A stretch of 64,000 nucleotides of DNA from assembly GCA_963839285.1 (NCBI GenBank), contig CAWIUN010000009.1, forward strand, positions 13,016 through 77,015, in the 5' to 3' direction. The DNA comes from an uncultured Actinomycetes bacterium (GTDB lineage Bacteria > Actinomycetota > Thermoleophilia > Gaiellales > Gaiellaceae). The notes under the pieces are model-generated. The model had not been told where the DNA came from, did not search any database, and saw only the letters and a program-made list of their open reading frames with translations. The position numbers were made by a program, and so were the translations under genes. How positions within the stretch are numbered: the stretch's first letter is position 1; every line of letters starts with the position of its first letter. Below are positions 29,591-39,271 of this stretch, piece after piece.

Positions 29591-31379
29591 GGACAGCGGC
29601 CGGCTCCGGGACTCTGCGCTCGTCGCCGACCTCGACCGGAGCCTCCGCCGTCTCGACCACGCCGCCCGGCGCCAGCACGACGATCGCCGCGAAGGGGAAG
29701 AACCAGGGGATGTAGAGCCACGACCAGTGCGTCAGCACGAGCTCGAAGCCGAGCAGGAGCGCGGCCGTCAGCGCCGCCAGCTGGAAGGGCGACTTGCGGC
29801 GCGGCAGGAAGACGGCGGCGATCGCGCCGGCGACGAGCAGCCCCTCGAGCAGCTTCTGGACGAGCGCGAGGTCGGGGATGCCGCGGGCGTGGTACTGCCC
29901 CCAGTCCCAGAGCGAGAACGGCGAGTGCCGCGTCACCTGCGTCCAGACCGTCCGGTCCCAGAAGACGCGCGCCGCGTGCAGGGGGCTCGGTTCGAGCAGC
30001 AGCACCGAGAGCGCCGCGAGGCTCGCGATCGCGAAGCCGGCGACGCAGGGCGCGACGCGGCGCGGCCGCCGCCACTCCGGATAGGTGAGCCAGAGCGGCG
30101 CGAGGATGAAGGCGGCGAACTTCGTCCAGCCGGCGAGCGCGAGCAGCATCCCGCGCGCCACCGGCGTCGTCGCGAGCCAGAAGCCGAAGATCAGGAACGC
30201 CGGCATGATCGCGTCGTTCGTGTTCGAGTTCGACGCGTACTGGGTGAACGGGTAGGCGGCCCAGGCGAAGGCGAGGGTCGCCGCCAGCCGGTTGCCGCCG
30301 TAGCGCCGGCCTACGAGCGCGAGCCCGAGCACGCAGAGGACGTCCCAGAGGATCGACGTGAAGTGCGCGGCGGGCAGGTCGTCCCACTTCCCCGTCCAGC
30401 CGAGCGCCCAGTAGCCGGGCAGGTAGGCGGCGTAGGAGACGGGCCCGTAGGTGTCGCCGAGCGGGTTCGCCGACTCGCAGCGCCCGTTCGTCTGGATCCG
30501 TTCCCGGATCTCGCCGGCCGAGTCCGCCGGGCCGCACGCCTTCAGGTCGCCCTCGATCGGGAAATGGCCGTAGGGCGCCTGCCCGTGCGCGAGCCGGTCG
30601 GCGCCGATCACGCCCGCGTAGCCGACGTCGATCACGTTCGAGGCCTGCACGTTGAGGCCGATCCGGAAGCCGAGCAGGAACACGGTCGCCGCCGCCAGCA
30701 GCCAGACGGGCCAGACAGGGCGGCTGCCGTCGCCGCGGCCGCTGCGCGCCGCCCAGAGCGCCCGCAGGAGCAGGTAGAGAAGCGGCGGGTAGACGAGCGG
30801 CACGCTCGTGAAGACGTCGCCCTGGTTGAAGAACCAGAGGCTCGCCGTGAACGAGAGCAGCACGAGCAGGTCGAGGTTCCGGAGCGAGCGGAGCCGGCGC
30901 CAGTCGGCGAGCCCGAGCAGGAAGACGCCGCAGAAGCCGAGCCAGATCGCCGGGCTGTTGATCTTCGTGCCGCCGAAGGCGCCGTCGTAGCCGCGGGCCA
31001 TCTTCCAGGCGACCTGCGGGCCGGTCCACGCCTCGGTGACGGCCCCGGTCGTGTCGTCGACCTTCCCCTCGGCGATCTCGCCCGCCTTGCCCGACCAGAC
31101 CTTGACCGTCCAGGCGCCGTCCTCGAAGGTCGCCTCCGTCGTCGGGTGCGGCGGGTAGCGGTCGAGCCAGCCGGCGACCTTCGGGGCGGCGAGGAAGATC
31201 GAGGTGACGCGCGACTCGGTGAGGCGCGGCGTCTCGGGCGCCGGCGCGACCGGCGTCTCGACGAGGTGGCCGAACTTGTCGTAGACGGGCGCGGTCGGGG
31301 CCGTGGCGGCCGCCGCACCGCTCACGGCGGCCGTGCCGAGCGCGAGCAGGCAGCAGGCTGCGAGCGCGAGCCGCCGCAT
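29586..31379 (-). CDS. GT-C-type integral membrane glycosyltransferase with signal peptide and a small N-terminal periplasmic domain
   Basis: 597 aa from ATG 31379 (ATGA overlap with the GtrA stop). Signal peptide MRRLALAACCLLALGTAAVSG, then a roughly 100-aa soluble domain (EATFEDGAWTVKVWSGKAGEIAEGKVDDTTGAVTEAW, PepSY-like pattern), then more than 10 TM helices. Confidence 0.7.
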   Translation of the reverse strand: MRRLALAACCLLALGTAAVSGAAAATAPTAPVYDKFGHLVETPVAPAPETPRLTESRVTSIFLAAPKVAGWLDRYPPHPTTEATFEDGAWTVKVWSGKAGEIAEGKVDDTTGAVTEAWTGPQVAWKMARGYDGAFGGTKINSPAIWLGFCGVFLLGLADWRRLRSLRNLDLLVLLSFTASLWFFNQGDVFTSVPLVYPPLLYLLLRALWAARSGRGDGSRPVWPVWLLAAATVFLLGFRIGLNVQASNVIDVGYAGVIGADRLAHGQAPYGHFPIEGDLKACGPADSAGEIRERIQTNGRCESANPLGDTYGPVSYAAYLPGYWALGWTGKWDDLPAAHFTSILWDVLCVLGLALVGRRYGGNRLAATLAFAWAAYPFTQYASNSNTNDAIMPAFLIFGFWLATTPVARGMLLALAGWTKFAAFILAPLWLTYPEWRRPRRVAPCVAGFAIASLAALSVLLLEPSPLHAARVFWDRTVWTQVTRHSPFSLWDWGQYHARGIPDLALVQKLLEGLLVAGAIAAVFLPRRKSPFQLAALTAALLLGFELVLTHWSWLYIPWFFPFAAIVVLAPGGVVETAEAPVEVGDERRVPEPAAVR

Positions 31380-31819
31380 CAGCTTCCGCGGCGGAACGAC
31401 CAGAGCTTGTTGCCGAGGAAGTTCAGCGGCATCACGAGCACGATCGAGATCGCCTGCGCGACGATCTTGCCCGCGCCGAGCCAGACGAAGAGCGTCAGCC
31501 ACGCCTGGTTCGCGCCGAGCGCGACCGCCGAGACCGCGAGGAAGCGGGCGCCCTGGTAGGCGAAGTGGCCGCGCTGCGAGCGGAACGTCCAGGCCCGGTT
31601 GAGCACGTAGTTGCTCGCCGCGGAGACGACGAACGAGACGGCGGCGGCGGCGCGGAAGTGGACGCCGGCGTGGAGCAGCGCCGCGTAGACGCCGAGGTTG
31701 ACGACGTAGCCGCTCGCGCCGACGAGCGAGAACTTCGCCAGCTGCACCCAGTTCGCAGGCCGACGGAGGGCGCGCGCGGCCCGGACGGCGACCGGCTGCG
31801 GTGCGGTGGGGTGCTCCAC
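31379..31819 (-). CDS. GtrA family protein (polyprenyl-phosphate sugar translocation-associated)
   Basis: 146 aa, 4 TM. FSLVGASGYVVNLGVY...NYVLNRAWTF...NFLGNKLWSF are GtrA hallmarks. Confidence 0.85.
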   Translation of the reverse strand: MEHPTAPQPVAVRAARALRRPANWVQLAKFSLVGASGYVVNLGVYAALLHAGVHFRAAAAVSFVVSAASNYVLNRAWTFRSQRGHFAYQGARFLAVSAVALGANQAWLTLFVWLGAGKIVAQAISIVLVMPLNFLGNKLWSFRRGS

Positions 31820-31873
31820 GGCCCGGCGAGCGTAGCAACGCCTCCGGGGCCGCTCCCGCGACCCGGCTGCACG

Positions 31874-32317
31874 CTAGGCGGGAGAGACCGGGCGGACACG
31901 CAGACCGGCGTCGGGCTCGACCCGGCGCACGTCGCCGTCTGCCTCGACGAGCACGCCCGTGACGATCCCGCCGTTGCCGACGATCACGTCGCGCAGCCTG
32001 CCGACCGGCTCGCCGCCGCGCTCGAGCTCGACGCCGCGCAGGCTCGAGAGCGTGTCCGCCCGCGACCGGTAGAACGCGAGCTCCGCCTCCTCGAGCAGCG
32101 TCAGCGCCGAGCGGACGGTGATCTCGCCGTCCTCGAGCACCGCCGCGGCCAGGGGGAGGAAGCGGTGGACCTCGTCGCCGCAGCGGACGTCGAGGCCGAG
32201 CGCCCGTTCGGCGGCCAGGTCGAGGATCAGGTCGACGGGACGGCCGAGCTGGATCCCGTGCAGGCGCACGGGCAGACGCAGCAGCTCCCCGGCCGGACGA
32301 CCCCCCATCACGCTCAT
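31874..32317 (-). CDS. PRC-barrel domain-containing protein
   Basis: 147 aa. Two repeats of the pattern G.PVG.L.D.I.D......GV.VE (LGRPVDLILD..., GEPVGRLRDVIVGNGGIVTGVLVEADG). Confidence 0.5.
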   Translation of the reverse strand: MSVMGGRPAGELLRLPVRLHGIQLGRPVDLILDLAAERALGLDVRCGDEVHRFLPLAAAVLEDGEITVRSALTLLEEAELAFYRSRADTLSSLRGVELERGGEPVGRLRDVIVGNGGIVTGVLVEADGDVRRVEPDAGLRVRPVSPA

Positions 32318-32345
32318 TCTCTCCCGCGCCCCACGCTGGAAACCG

Positions 32346-32987
32346 TCAGAAGCCGCCCTCGCCGACGAGCGGCACGAACCGGCAGGGGATGCCGCCGGCG
32401 ACGGACGGGCCGCCGGGCCCCTTCACGACCACCTGCAGCTGCTGGCCGCTCGGCCCGCCCACCGGGACGACGAGCCGCCCGCCCTCGGCCAGCTGCTCGT
32501 AGAGCGGCTGCGGGAGCCCGGGCGCGGCGGCGGCGACGGCGATCGCCTCGAACGGCGCCCGCCCGGGCACGCCGAGGCTGCCGTCGCCGAGGACGACCTC
32601 GACCCGGTCGCACCCGGCCGCCGCCAGGTTCGCGCGCGCGAGCTCGGCCAGCTCCGGGATCCGCTCGATCGTGACCACCTCGTCGGCGAGCTCGGCGAGC
32701 ACGGCCGCCTGGTAGCCCGAGCCGGAGCCGACGTCGAGCACCCGTTCGCCGCCGTCGAGCCGGAGCTCCTCGCAGATCCGCGCGACCATGTACGGCTGCG
32801 AGATCGTCTGGTCGTGGCCGAGCGGCAGCGCGTTGTCGGTGTAGGCCAGGTGGCGGACCTCGGCCGGGACGAACAGCTCGCGCGGGACGCGCTCGAACGC
32901 GGCCAGGACACGCTCGTCGCCGATGCCGCGGCGCCGCAGCTGCCGCGCGACCATCTCCGTCCGCTCAGGCTGCCAGTCGGCCGACAT
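32346..32987 (-). CDS. pcm: Protein-L-isoaspartate O-methyltransferase
   Basis: 213 aa. VPRELFVP...ALPLGHDQTISQPYMVA...VLDVGSGSGYQAAVLA...APFEAI. Confidence 0.9.
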   Translation of the reverse strand: MSADWQPERTEMVARQLRRRGIGDERVLAAFERVPRELFVPAEVRHLAYTDNALPLGHDQTISQPYMVARICEELRLDGGERVLDVGSGSGYQAAVLAELADEVVTIERIPELAELARANLAAAGCDRVEVVLGDGSLGVPGRAPFEAIAVAAAAPGLPQPLYEQLAEGGRLVVPVGGPSGQQLQVVVKGPGGPSVAGGIPCRFVPLVGEGGF

Positions 32988-34251
32988 ACGCGGGCGGCTC
33001 GACGCCGAAGTGCTCGAGCACGAGCGGCGCGATCCCCGTGATCGAGTCGGGCGGCTCCCCGAGCCCGACCGTCAGCATCGGCACGAGCGAGTCGCCCGGC
33101 TCGAGCGAGCCGTGGCTGCCGCCGCCGAGGTGGTGGCGGCCGCCGAGGTCGGCGAACTCGACGCCCGGCGCGGCCGAGACGAGCACCTCGCCCGCGTTCG
33201 GGTTCGCGAGCGCGGCCGCCGCGCGGGCGAGGCCCTGGGGATAGCCGTCGAGCAGCTCGAGCCCCTCGTCGCCGTCGCGGCGGGCGACGACGCGGCCGCC
33301 CTCGCGGAAGAGGACGAGGTGGCCGCCGCCGATCCGCTCGGCGAGCGCGCGGGCCCGGCCGCCGCGCAGGTCGTAGACCATGCCCGCGCGGTTCGAGGCG
33401 GCGACGACGACGTCCTCGGCGCCGTCGAGGTGGTCCTCGAGCCGGTCGACCCGGTCGACGAGCGTCTGCCCGTGGTCGGAGCAGAGGACGACGGCGTAGC
33501 GGTCGAGGAACTCGTCGAGCCCGCCGGCCGCGTCGACGAGGGCACCGACCGCGGCGTCCGAGCGGGCGAGCGCCTCGCCGGCCGAGCCCGGCCCCGACGC
33601 GTGCGAGGCGTAGTCGTAGTCGGGCAGGTAGAAGACGAGGAAGTCGAAGCCGTCGCGGGTCACGAGCCAGCGGCCGACGTGCGCGGCGTAGGCGTCGATC
33701 GACCCCGCGGCGCGGCTGCGGACGGCGAGCGGCGCCCCGGTCGGGTCCGATTCGAAGAGGCTGTAGAAGAAGAAGCGCTTCGGCCCGAACGCGTGCGGCA
33801 CGGCCGGCAGCGTCGGCAGGTGCCGCGTGCGGCCGCGGTAGCAGGTGATGTTGATCGCCCCGGCGGTGTGGCCCGCGTCCTCGAGCGCCTCGTAGACGGT
33901 GACCGCGTCCGGCGAGAGGTGGCGCTGGTTCATGTTGAAGATCGTGTCGCGGAGGCCGGCGACCATCCCCGCGGCGCGCATGGCGTGGAAGGAGGAGCCG
34001 TACTCGACGAGGCGGCGCTCGCCGCGGTGCCACCAGACGAGGTGCGGGATCCCGTGCACGTCCGGGTGGGCGCCGGTCGCGATCGCGGAGAGGCAGACGG
34101 GCGTCAGCGACGGGAACGTCGAGACGGCCTGCCGGTAGCTCCCCGCCTGGTGCAGCGCCGCGAGCACGGGCGCGTCGCCGGAGGCGACCGCGGACTCGTA
34201 GACGTCGGGGGTCAGCCCGTCGATGACGACGAGGATCGCCTTGCGGGCCAT
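32965..34251 (-). CDS. Alkaline phosphatase superfamily protein (nucleotide pyrophosphatase/phosphodiesterase type)
   Basis: 428 aa from ATG 34251. ILVVIDGLTPD...FPSLTPVCLSAIATGAHPDVHGI...YLPDYDYASH...SDHGQT...GGSHGS are metal and nucleophile motifs of the NPP/AlkP family. It forms the 3' part of the chimeric ORF 32965..35553. Confidence 0.8.
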   Translation of the reverse strand: MARKAILVVIDGLTPDVYESAVASGDAPVLAALHQAGSYRQAVSTFPSLTPVCLSAIATGAHPDVHGIPHLVWWHRGERRLVEYGSSFHAMRAAGMVAGLRDTIFNMNQRHLSPDAVTVYEALEDAGHTAGAINITCYRGRTRHLPTLPAVPHAFGPKRFFFYSLFESDPTGAPLAVRSRAAGSIDAYAAHVGRWLVTRDGFDFLVFYLPDYDYASHASGPGSAGEALARSDAAVGALVDAAGGLDEFLDRYAVVLCSDHGQTLVDRVDRLEDHLDGAEDVVVAASNRAGMVYDLRGGRARALAERIGGGHLVLFREGGRVVARRDGDEGLELLDGYPQGLARAAAALANPNAGEVLVSAAPGVEFADLGGRHHLGGGSHGSLEPGDSLVPMLTVGLGEPPDSITGIAPLVLEHFGVEPPAYVGRLAA

Positions 34252-34670
34252 CAGTCCCGCGCGAGGATGCGCAGCCCCGCGTAGCGCTGCGCCGCACGCG
34301 CGCGGAGCCGCGCGCCGAGGGCCGGCAGCGCCAGCGCCTCCAGGTAGCCGAGCCCGGGCACGAAGGCGAGCCCGGCCAGCACGAGCGCCACGCCGCCGAC
34401 GAGCACCGCCGTGCCGCCCCGGGTGCCGCCGCGGCGGAGCGCGCCGCCGACGACCTGCCGCGCGCCGATCGTGCCCGCGAGCGCGCCGAGCCCGCCGCCG
34501 ATCGCCTCGTCCCAGTTGTCGACGAGGAAGCCGATGCCGACGGCGATCGCCGCGGCCGCGACGAGCGCGACGACGAGCGCCGTCCGCGCCGCCCCGAGCA
34601 GGCCGACGAAGAGGACGCCGAGCGCCGCTCCGAGCCCGGCGAGCAGGCCGATCAGGTACCAGTCCCCCAC
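34251..34670 (-). CDS. Hypothetical Gly/Ala-rich membrane protein
   Basis: GTG 34670. 139 aa with 3-4 TM helices (DWYLIGLLAGLGAALGVLFVGLL...). ATGA coupling to the downstream phosphodiesterase. Confidence 0.45.
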   Translation of the reverse strand: MGDWYLIGLLAGLGAALGVLFVGLLGAARTALVVALVAAAAIAVGIGFLVDNWDEAIGGGLGALAGTIGARQVVGGALRRGGTRGGTAVLVGGVALVLAGLAFVPGLGYLEALALPALGARLRARAAQRYAGLRILARD

Positions 34671-34761
34671 CGTCGATGAGTGTAGCGCCGCGGTCTGCGT
34701 AACCGATTCGCCGGGAAGCTCGTTGAAGGTCAGGAAACCGGTTGAAATCCCAAGGAGGATC

Positions 34762-35061
34762 GTGAGTACCGACCCCCGCCCGCTGCTCGTCTTCTTCTCC
34801 TCGCGCCGCTCCGGGCCCGCCCGGCGGATGGAGAGCCTGCTCGCCCACATCTCGCGCAAGGAGCGCGGGCGGCTGCGCGTCACGATCGTCGACGTCGACG
34901 ACAGGAGCGAGCTGGCCGAGCGCTTCCAGGTCGAGGCCGTGCCGACGCTCGTGCTCGTCAAGCAGAAGCGCGTCGTCGCCCGGCTCGCGGGCCGCGCCAG
35001 CGCGCCGCGGATCGAGCGGATGCTCGAGGAGCACCTCGAGCCCGACCTCGCCGTCGCCTAG
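34762..35061 (+). CDS. Thioredoxin-fold protein lacking the CxxC active site
   Basis: Strong RBS AAGGAGGA 3 nt before GTG 34762. LLVFFSSRRSGPARRMESLL...DVDDRSELAERFQVEAVPTLVLV aligns with the thioredoxin WCGPC region, but reads SGPA. Confidence 0.75.
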   Translation: MSTDPRPLLVFFSSRRSGPARRMESLLAHISRKERGRLRVTIVDVDDRSELAERFQVEAVPTLVLVKQKRVVARLAGRASAPRIERMLEEHLEPDLAVA

Positions 35062-36245
35062 CTCCGGCTGCTCGAGCCGGCGGATCACCTCGAGCGTGAA
35101 CGCCGCGGCCCGCGCGCCGTCGACGACGCGATGGTCGAAGCTGAGCGCGAGGTTGCCGACCTGCCGGACGACGACCTGGCCGTCGCGGACGACCGGGCGC
35201 GGCCCGATCCGGCCGATCGAGAGGATCGCCGTCTCGGGGTGGTTGACGATCGGCGTCTGGAAGAGCCCGGCGAGCTTGCCGGCGCTCGTGACCGTGAAGG
35301 TCGAGCCGCGCAGCTCCTCCGGCTTCAGCCTCCCCTCGCGCGCGGCCTCCGCGAGCCGGCGCACCTCCGCGTCGAGCTCGTCGATCGTGGCCGTGTCGCA
35401 GCCGCGCACGACGGGGACGACGAGCCCCTGGTCGGTCTGGACGGCGACGCCGAGGTCGTAGCGGTCGAGGTAGACGATCTCGTCCCCCTCCAGCCGCGCG
35501 TTCAGCTCCGGGAACTCCCGCAGCGCCGCCGCGACGGCCTGGAGGCCGCGCACGAGCGCCTGCTTCGGGTCGACGTGCGAGAAGTCGCACTCCTCGACGT
35601 AGGTGACCGCCGGGACCTCGCGGTGGGCGCGGGTCAGGTGCTCGACGATCTGCCGCCGGACGCCTCTGACCGGCTCGCGGCGGCCCTCCGCGGCGGGGCC
35701 GCTGCTGCTGCGCCGGGTCCGGCTCCGACCGGCCCCGGGGACACGGCCGCGGCGCGCACGTCCGCCTCGGTCACCCGGCCGCCGGGGCCGCTCGCGGCCA
35801 CCGCCGCGAGCTCGACGCCGAGCTCCTGCGCGATCCGGCGCACGAGCGGCGTCGCCCGCACCGCTCCTCTGGAGGTCCCGCCGCGCGCCCGTCCTCGTGA
35901 CACTTCGTCACTTGAAGCGTTCTGCCCGGGCTCCGGGAGCTGCCGCTCCGAGAGCTGCGGCTCCGACGGCTGCGGCTCCGAGGCGGAGGCGGGGGCGGGC
36001 TCGGCGCCGTCGCCGCCGATGACGACGAGCACCGTCCCGACCGGGACGACGTCGCCCTCGCCGACGAGGATCCGCGAGACCGTTCCCGCGGCCGGCGAGG
36101 GGATCTCGACCGTCGTCTTGTCGGTCGCGATCTCGACCAGCGGGTCGTCCTCGGCGACCTCCTGCCCCTCGGTCACGAGCCAGCGGGCGATCTCGCCCTC
36201 GGTCAGGCCCTCGCCGAGGTCCGGGAGCTTGAACTCGTAGGCCAT
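35058..36245 (-). CDS. Dihydrolipoamide acyltransferase E2 of a 2-oxoacid dehydrogenase complex; frameshift near 35695 and a second indel just before the expected stop
   Basis: Lipoyl domain MAYEFKLPDLGEGLTEGEI...EIATDKTTVEIPSP and E1/E3-binding domain ATPLVRRIAQELGV. The catalytic domain (...FTVTSAGKLAGLF..., SFDHRVVDGA) lies in the 32965..35553 frame. A TAG in the original frame at 35058-35060 lies tail to tail with the thioredoxin-like stop. Confidence 0.85.
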
Positions 36246-37213
36246 CAGAACGCGAGCAGCTTCCGCGCGGCGGCGCAGACCCGCTCGACCGACGGCATGT
36301 AGGCGTCCTCGAGCTGCCAGTACGGGTACGGGACGTCGTAGCCGGTCACGCGCAGCACCGGGCCCTGCAGGTCGAGGATCGCCTTCTCCGCGACGAGCGC
36401 CGCGAGCTCGGCGCCGAAGCCGGCGGTGCGCGGCGCCTCCTGCACGATCACGACGCGGCCCGTCTTCGCGACCGACGCGAGCAGCGTCTCCTCGTCGAGC
36501 GGCCGCAGCGAGCGCAGGTCGACGACCTCCACCGACGCGTCCAGCGCGTCGGCCGCCCGCTCGCAGACGCCGACCATCGCCCCGTAGGCGACGAGCGTCA
36601 GGTCGTCGCCCTCGCGCGCGAGCCGCGCCTGCCCGAGCGGGACGACGTGCTCGCCCTCGGGCACCTCGCCGCGCGCGGTCCGGTAGACGAGCTTCGGCTC
36701 GAGGACGACGACCGGGTCCGGGTCGCGGATCGCCGCCGCCAGCAGCCCCTTCGCGTCGGCGGGCGTCGACGGGATCGCGACCTTGATCCCCGGCGTGTGC
36801 ACGTAGTAGGCCTCCGGCGAGTCGTCGTGCAGCTCGGGCGCGCGGACGCCGCCGCCGTAGGGCATCCGGATCGTGATCGGGAACTCCATCCGCCCGCCCG
36901 TGCGCCAGCGGTAGCGGCCGACGTGGGTGATCAGCTGGTCGAGGCAGGGGTAGGAGAAGGCGTCGTACTGCATCTCGCAGACCGGGCGCCAGCCCGCCAT
37001 GCAGAGGCCGACCGCGGTGCCGAGGATCCCCGCCTCGGCGAGCGGCGTGTCGACGCAGCGGTCAGGCCCGAACCGCTCGCGCAGGCCGGCCGTCGCCCGG
37101 AAGACGCCGCCGGCGCGGCCGACGTCCTCGCCCATGACCATGACGTCGTCGTCGCGGGCGAGCTCGCAGTGGAGCGCGTCGTTGACGGCCTCGACGAGGA
37201 GCTTCTCAGCCAC
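36245..37213 (-). CDS. 2-oxoacid dehydrogenase E1 component beta subunit
   Basis: 322 aa, with transketolase-like pyrimidine-binding and C-terminal domains (VMGEDVG..GGVF...DTPLAE.GI.G...). Confidence 0.95.
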   Translation of the reverse strand: MAEKLLVEAVNDALHCELARDDDVMVMGEDVGRAGGVFRATAGLRERFGPDRCVDTPLAEAGILGTAVGLCMAGWRPVCEMQYDAFSYPCLDQLITHVGRYRWRTGGRMEFPITIRMPYGGGVRAPELHDDSPEAYYVHTPGIKVAIPSTPADAKGLLAAAIRDPDPVVVLEPKLVYRTARGEVPEGEHVVPLGQARLAREGDDLTLVAYGAMVGVCERAADALDASVEVVDLRSLRPLDEETLLASVAKTGRVVIVQEAPRTAGFGAELAALVAEKAILDLQGPVLRVTGYDVPYPYWQLEDAYMPSVERVCAAARKLLAF

Positions 37214-38267
37214 GCCCGCCCTCCAGCAGCCGCTTCAGCTCGGCGCGGTCGGCGGCGAGCTGCGGCGGCGGCACGGCGTAGGCGTGGTCGAAGACGAGGC
37301 CCGGGTCCGCGGCCGGCTCGGCCTCGGCGGCCCTGATCCCCTCGCGCATGACCGCCTCGGCCTCGGCCCGCGCCTCGGCGACGAGCTCGTCCCCGAGCAG
37401 GCCGAGCGCGCGCAGGTAGCGCTCGTAGCGGCCGACGCACTCGCGCCGCCGCTCCTCCTCGACGCGGCCTGCGTCGATGTAGGCGCGCGGGTCGTCGGCG
37501 GTCGCGTGCGGTGCGGCGCGATACGTGACCGCCTCGACGAAGGTCGGCCCCTCGCCGGCGCGGCCGCGCGCGAGCGCCTCGCGGGTCGCCTCGTAGACGG
37601 CGAGCACGTCGCCGCCGTCGACGCGGACGCCCGGCATCCCGTAGCCGATCGCCTTGTCGGCGAGCGTCTCGGCGCGCGTCTGCGCCGCGACCGGCGTCGA
37701 GATCGCCCACTGGTTGTTGTTGCAGAAGAGCACGACCGGCGCGTCCATGACCGCGGCGAAGTTGGCCCCCTCGTGGAACGCGCCCTCGGAGGTGGCGCCG
37801 TCGCCGAAGTAGACGATCGCGCACGCCTGCTCGCCGCGCAGCCGCTTGCCCCAGGCGAGCCCGGCCGCGTGCGGGACGTGGGTGCCGATCGGGACGCAGA
37901 TCGAGGCGACGTTGTAGTCGGCCGGGTTCCACCAGCCGGACGGGTGGCCGCGCCACCACTGCAGGATCGTCGCCGCCGGGATCCCGCGCAGGAGGCCGAT
38001 CGCCGACTCGCGGTAGCTCGGGAAGATCCAGTCCTCGTCGGCGAGCGCGTAGGTCGAGCCGACCTGCATCGCCTCGTGGTTCCAGTAGATCGCGTAGGTG
38101 CCGATCCGGCCCTGGCGGTGGTAGACGACCGAGCGCTCGTCGTAGGTGCGGAGCAGGACGAGCTGGCGGTAGAGGTCGAGCAGGTCCTCGTCGGTGAGGC
38201 CCTCGACCCGGCGCTCCTCGTCGATCACGCGTCGGAGGTCGTGCTCCGCGGGGACTGCCTGCGCCAT
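37206..38267 (-). CDS. 2-oxoacid dehydrogenase E1 component alpha subunit (ThDP-dependent)
   Basis: 353 aa. YFGDGATSEGAFHEGANFAAV...LFCNNNQWAIST ThDP-binding motif. Confidence 0.95.
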   Translation of the reverse strand: MAQAVPAEHDLRRVIDEERRVEGLTDEDLLDLYRQLVLLRTYDERSVVYHRQGRIGTYAIYWNHEAMQVGSTYALADEDWIFPSYRESAIGLLRGIPAATILQWWRGHPSGWWNPADYNVASICVPIGTHVPHAAGLAWGKRLRGEQACAIVYFGDGATSEGAFHEGANFAAVMDAPVVLFCNNNQWAISTPVAAQTRAETLADKAIGYGMPGVRVDGGDVLAVYEATREALARGRAGEGPTFVEAVTYRAAPHATADDPRAYIDAGRVEEERRRECVGRYERYLRALGLLGDELVAEARAEAEAVMREGIRAAEAEPAADPGLVFDHAYAVPPPQLAADRAELKRLLEGGRG

Positions 38268-38336
38268 GCGGGGCGAGGGTATCGCAGTGGACGGATCCGG
38301 CGGCGCGCCCTTCGCCCCGTGCCGGTCGTCGCTCCC

Positions 38337-39247
38337 TCAGACGAGCACGGAGACGGCGTCGCGCTCGACCTCGAAGACGGCCTCGACGACGTCGCCGAGG
38401 TCCTCGCCGTCTGCCTGCAGCGGCAGCGGCCGGTCGCAGCGGGCGACGACGCGGTCGAGGTCGTGGCCGTAGAAGACGTCGTCGGCCGCGACCTGGCCGC
38501 GGCCCGTGACGGCGTAGCGGAGGAAGCGGGGGAGCGAGCGCGGGCGCAGCTCGTGCGGGGCGACGACGTCGAGCCCGAGCTCGAACTCGGCTCTCGGCGC
38601 GATCCGCAGCGGGATCGGTCCCGCGTAGCTGTAGGGGTCGCCGTTCGCGACGAGGACGAAGGCGGCGCGGCCGAAGCCCTCGAGCTCGAGCTCGTCGGTC
38701 CAGCGGCCGCGGCGGCGCGCGAGCAGCCGCGCGATCGTCAGCCCGAAGACGAGGTCGCCGGGACGCTGGCCGTGCTCGTCGCGGCCGAGCGCGTCGAGCC
38801 GCCTGACGGCCTCGGCGTCGAGGCCGATGCCGGCGCTGAAGGAGAAGCGGCGCCCGTTGACGCGGCCGAGCGAGATCCTGCGCGTGCGGCCGGCCTCGAT
38901 CGCCTCGGCCAGCTGCTGCGCGGCCCGCGCCGGGTCGCGCGGGATCCCGAGCGCCCGCGGGAGCACGCTCGTGCCGCCGCCCGGGCACGAAGCCGATCGG
39001 GCACGGCCGCTCGACCCCGTTCAGCGCCTCGTTGTAGACCCCGTCGCCGGAGAAGACGACGACCACGTCCGGCCCGCCCGCCGCCCGGCAGAGCTCGGTC
39101 GCGTGGCCGGGGTGACGCGTCAGCTCGGTCGTCACCTCGCCGACGCGCGCGAGCGCCTGCCTCGACCGTGCGCAGCCCGTCGGCGGTGACGCCGCTCGCG
39201 AAGGGGTTGACGACGAGCAGGATCCGCCGCGGGGGCCGAGTCGCCAC
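38337..39247 (-). CDS. Diacylglycerol kinase catalytic-domain lipid kinase (YegS/BmrU-like); two frameshifts (about 39157 and about 38978)
   Basis: RILLVVNPFASG / TTELTRHPGHATEL...VVVVFSGDGVYNEALNG...IGFVPG / GGTSVLPRALGIP...GRVNGRRFSFSAGIGLDAE, reconstructed from three frames. Confidence 0.85.
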
Positions 39248-39271
39248 GGCGCGGATCGTATGCCGCTCGGT

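Noticed and set aside
32965-35553. 862-aa ORF apparently fusing an E2 acyltransferase catalytic domain to an alkaline-phosphatase-family protein
   Set aside because: It is a chimera. The E2 part loses its stop near 35060, the middle is antisense to the thioredoxin-like gene and the Gly-rich membrane gene, and the phosphodiesterase has its own ATG at 34251, coupled by ATGA to the upstream gene.
38268-38336. Hairpin GGGGCGAGGG...CCCTTCGCCCC between dagK and the E1alpha gene as a terminator
   Set aside because: The stem is imperfect, the loop is about 30 nt, and there is no U-tract. It is indistinguishable from chance GC-rich complementarity.
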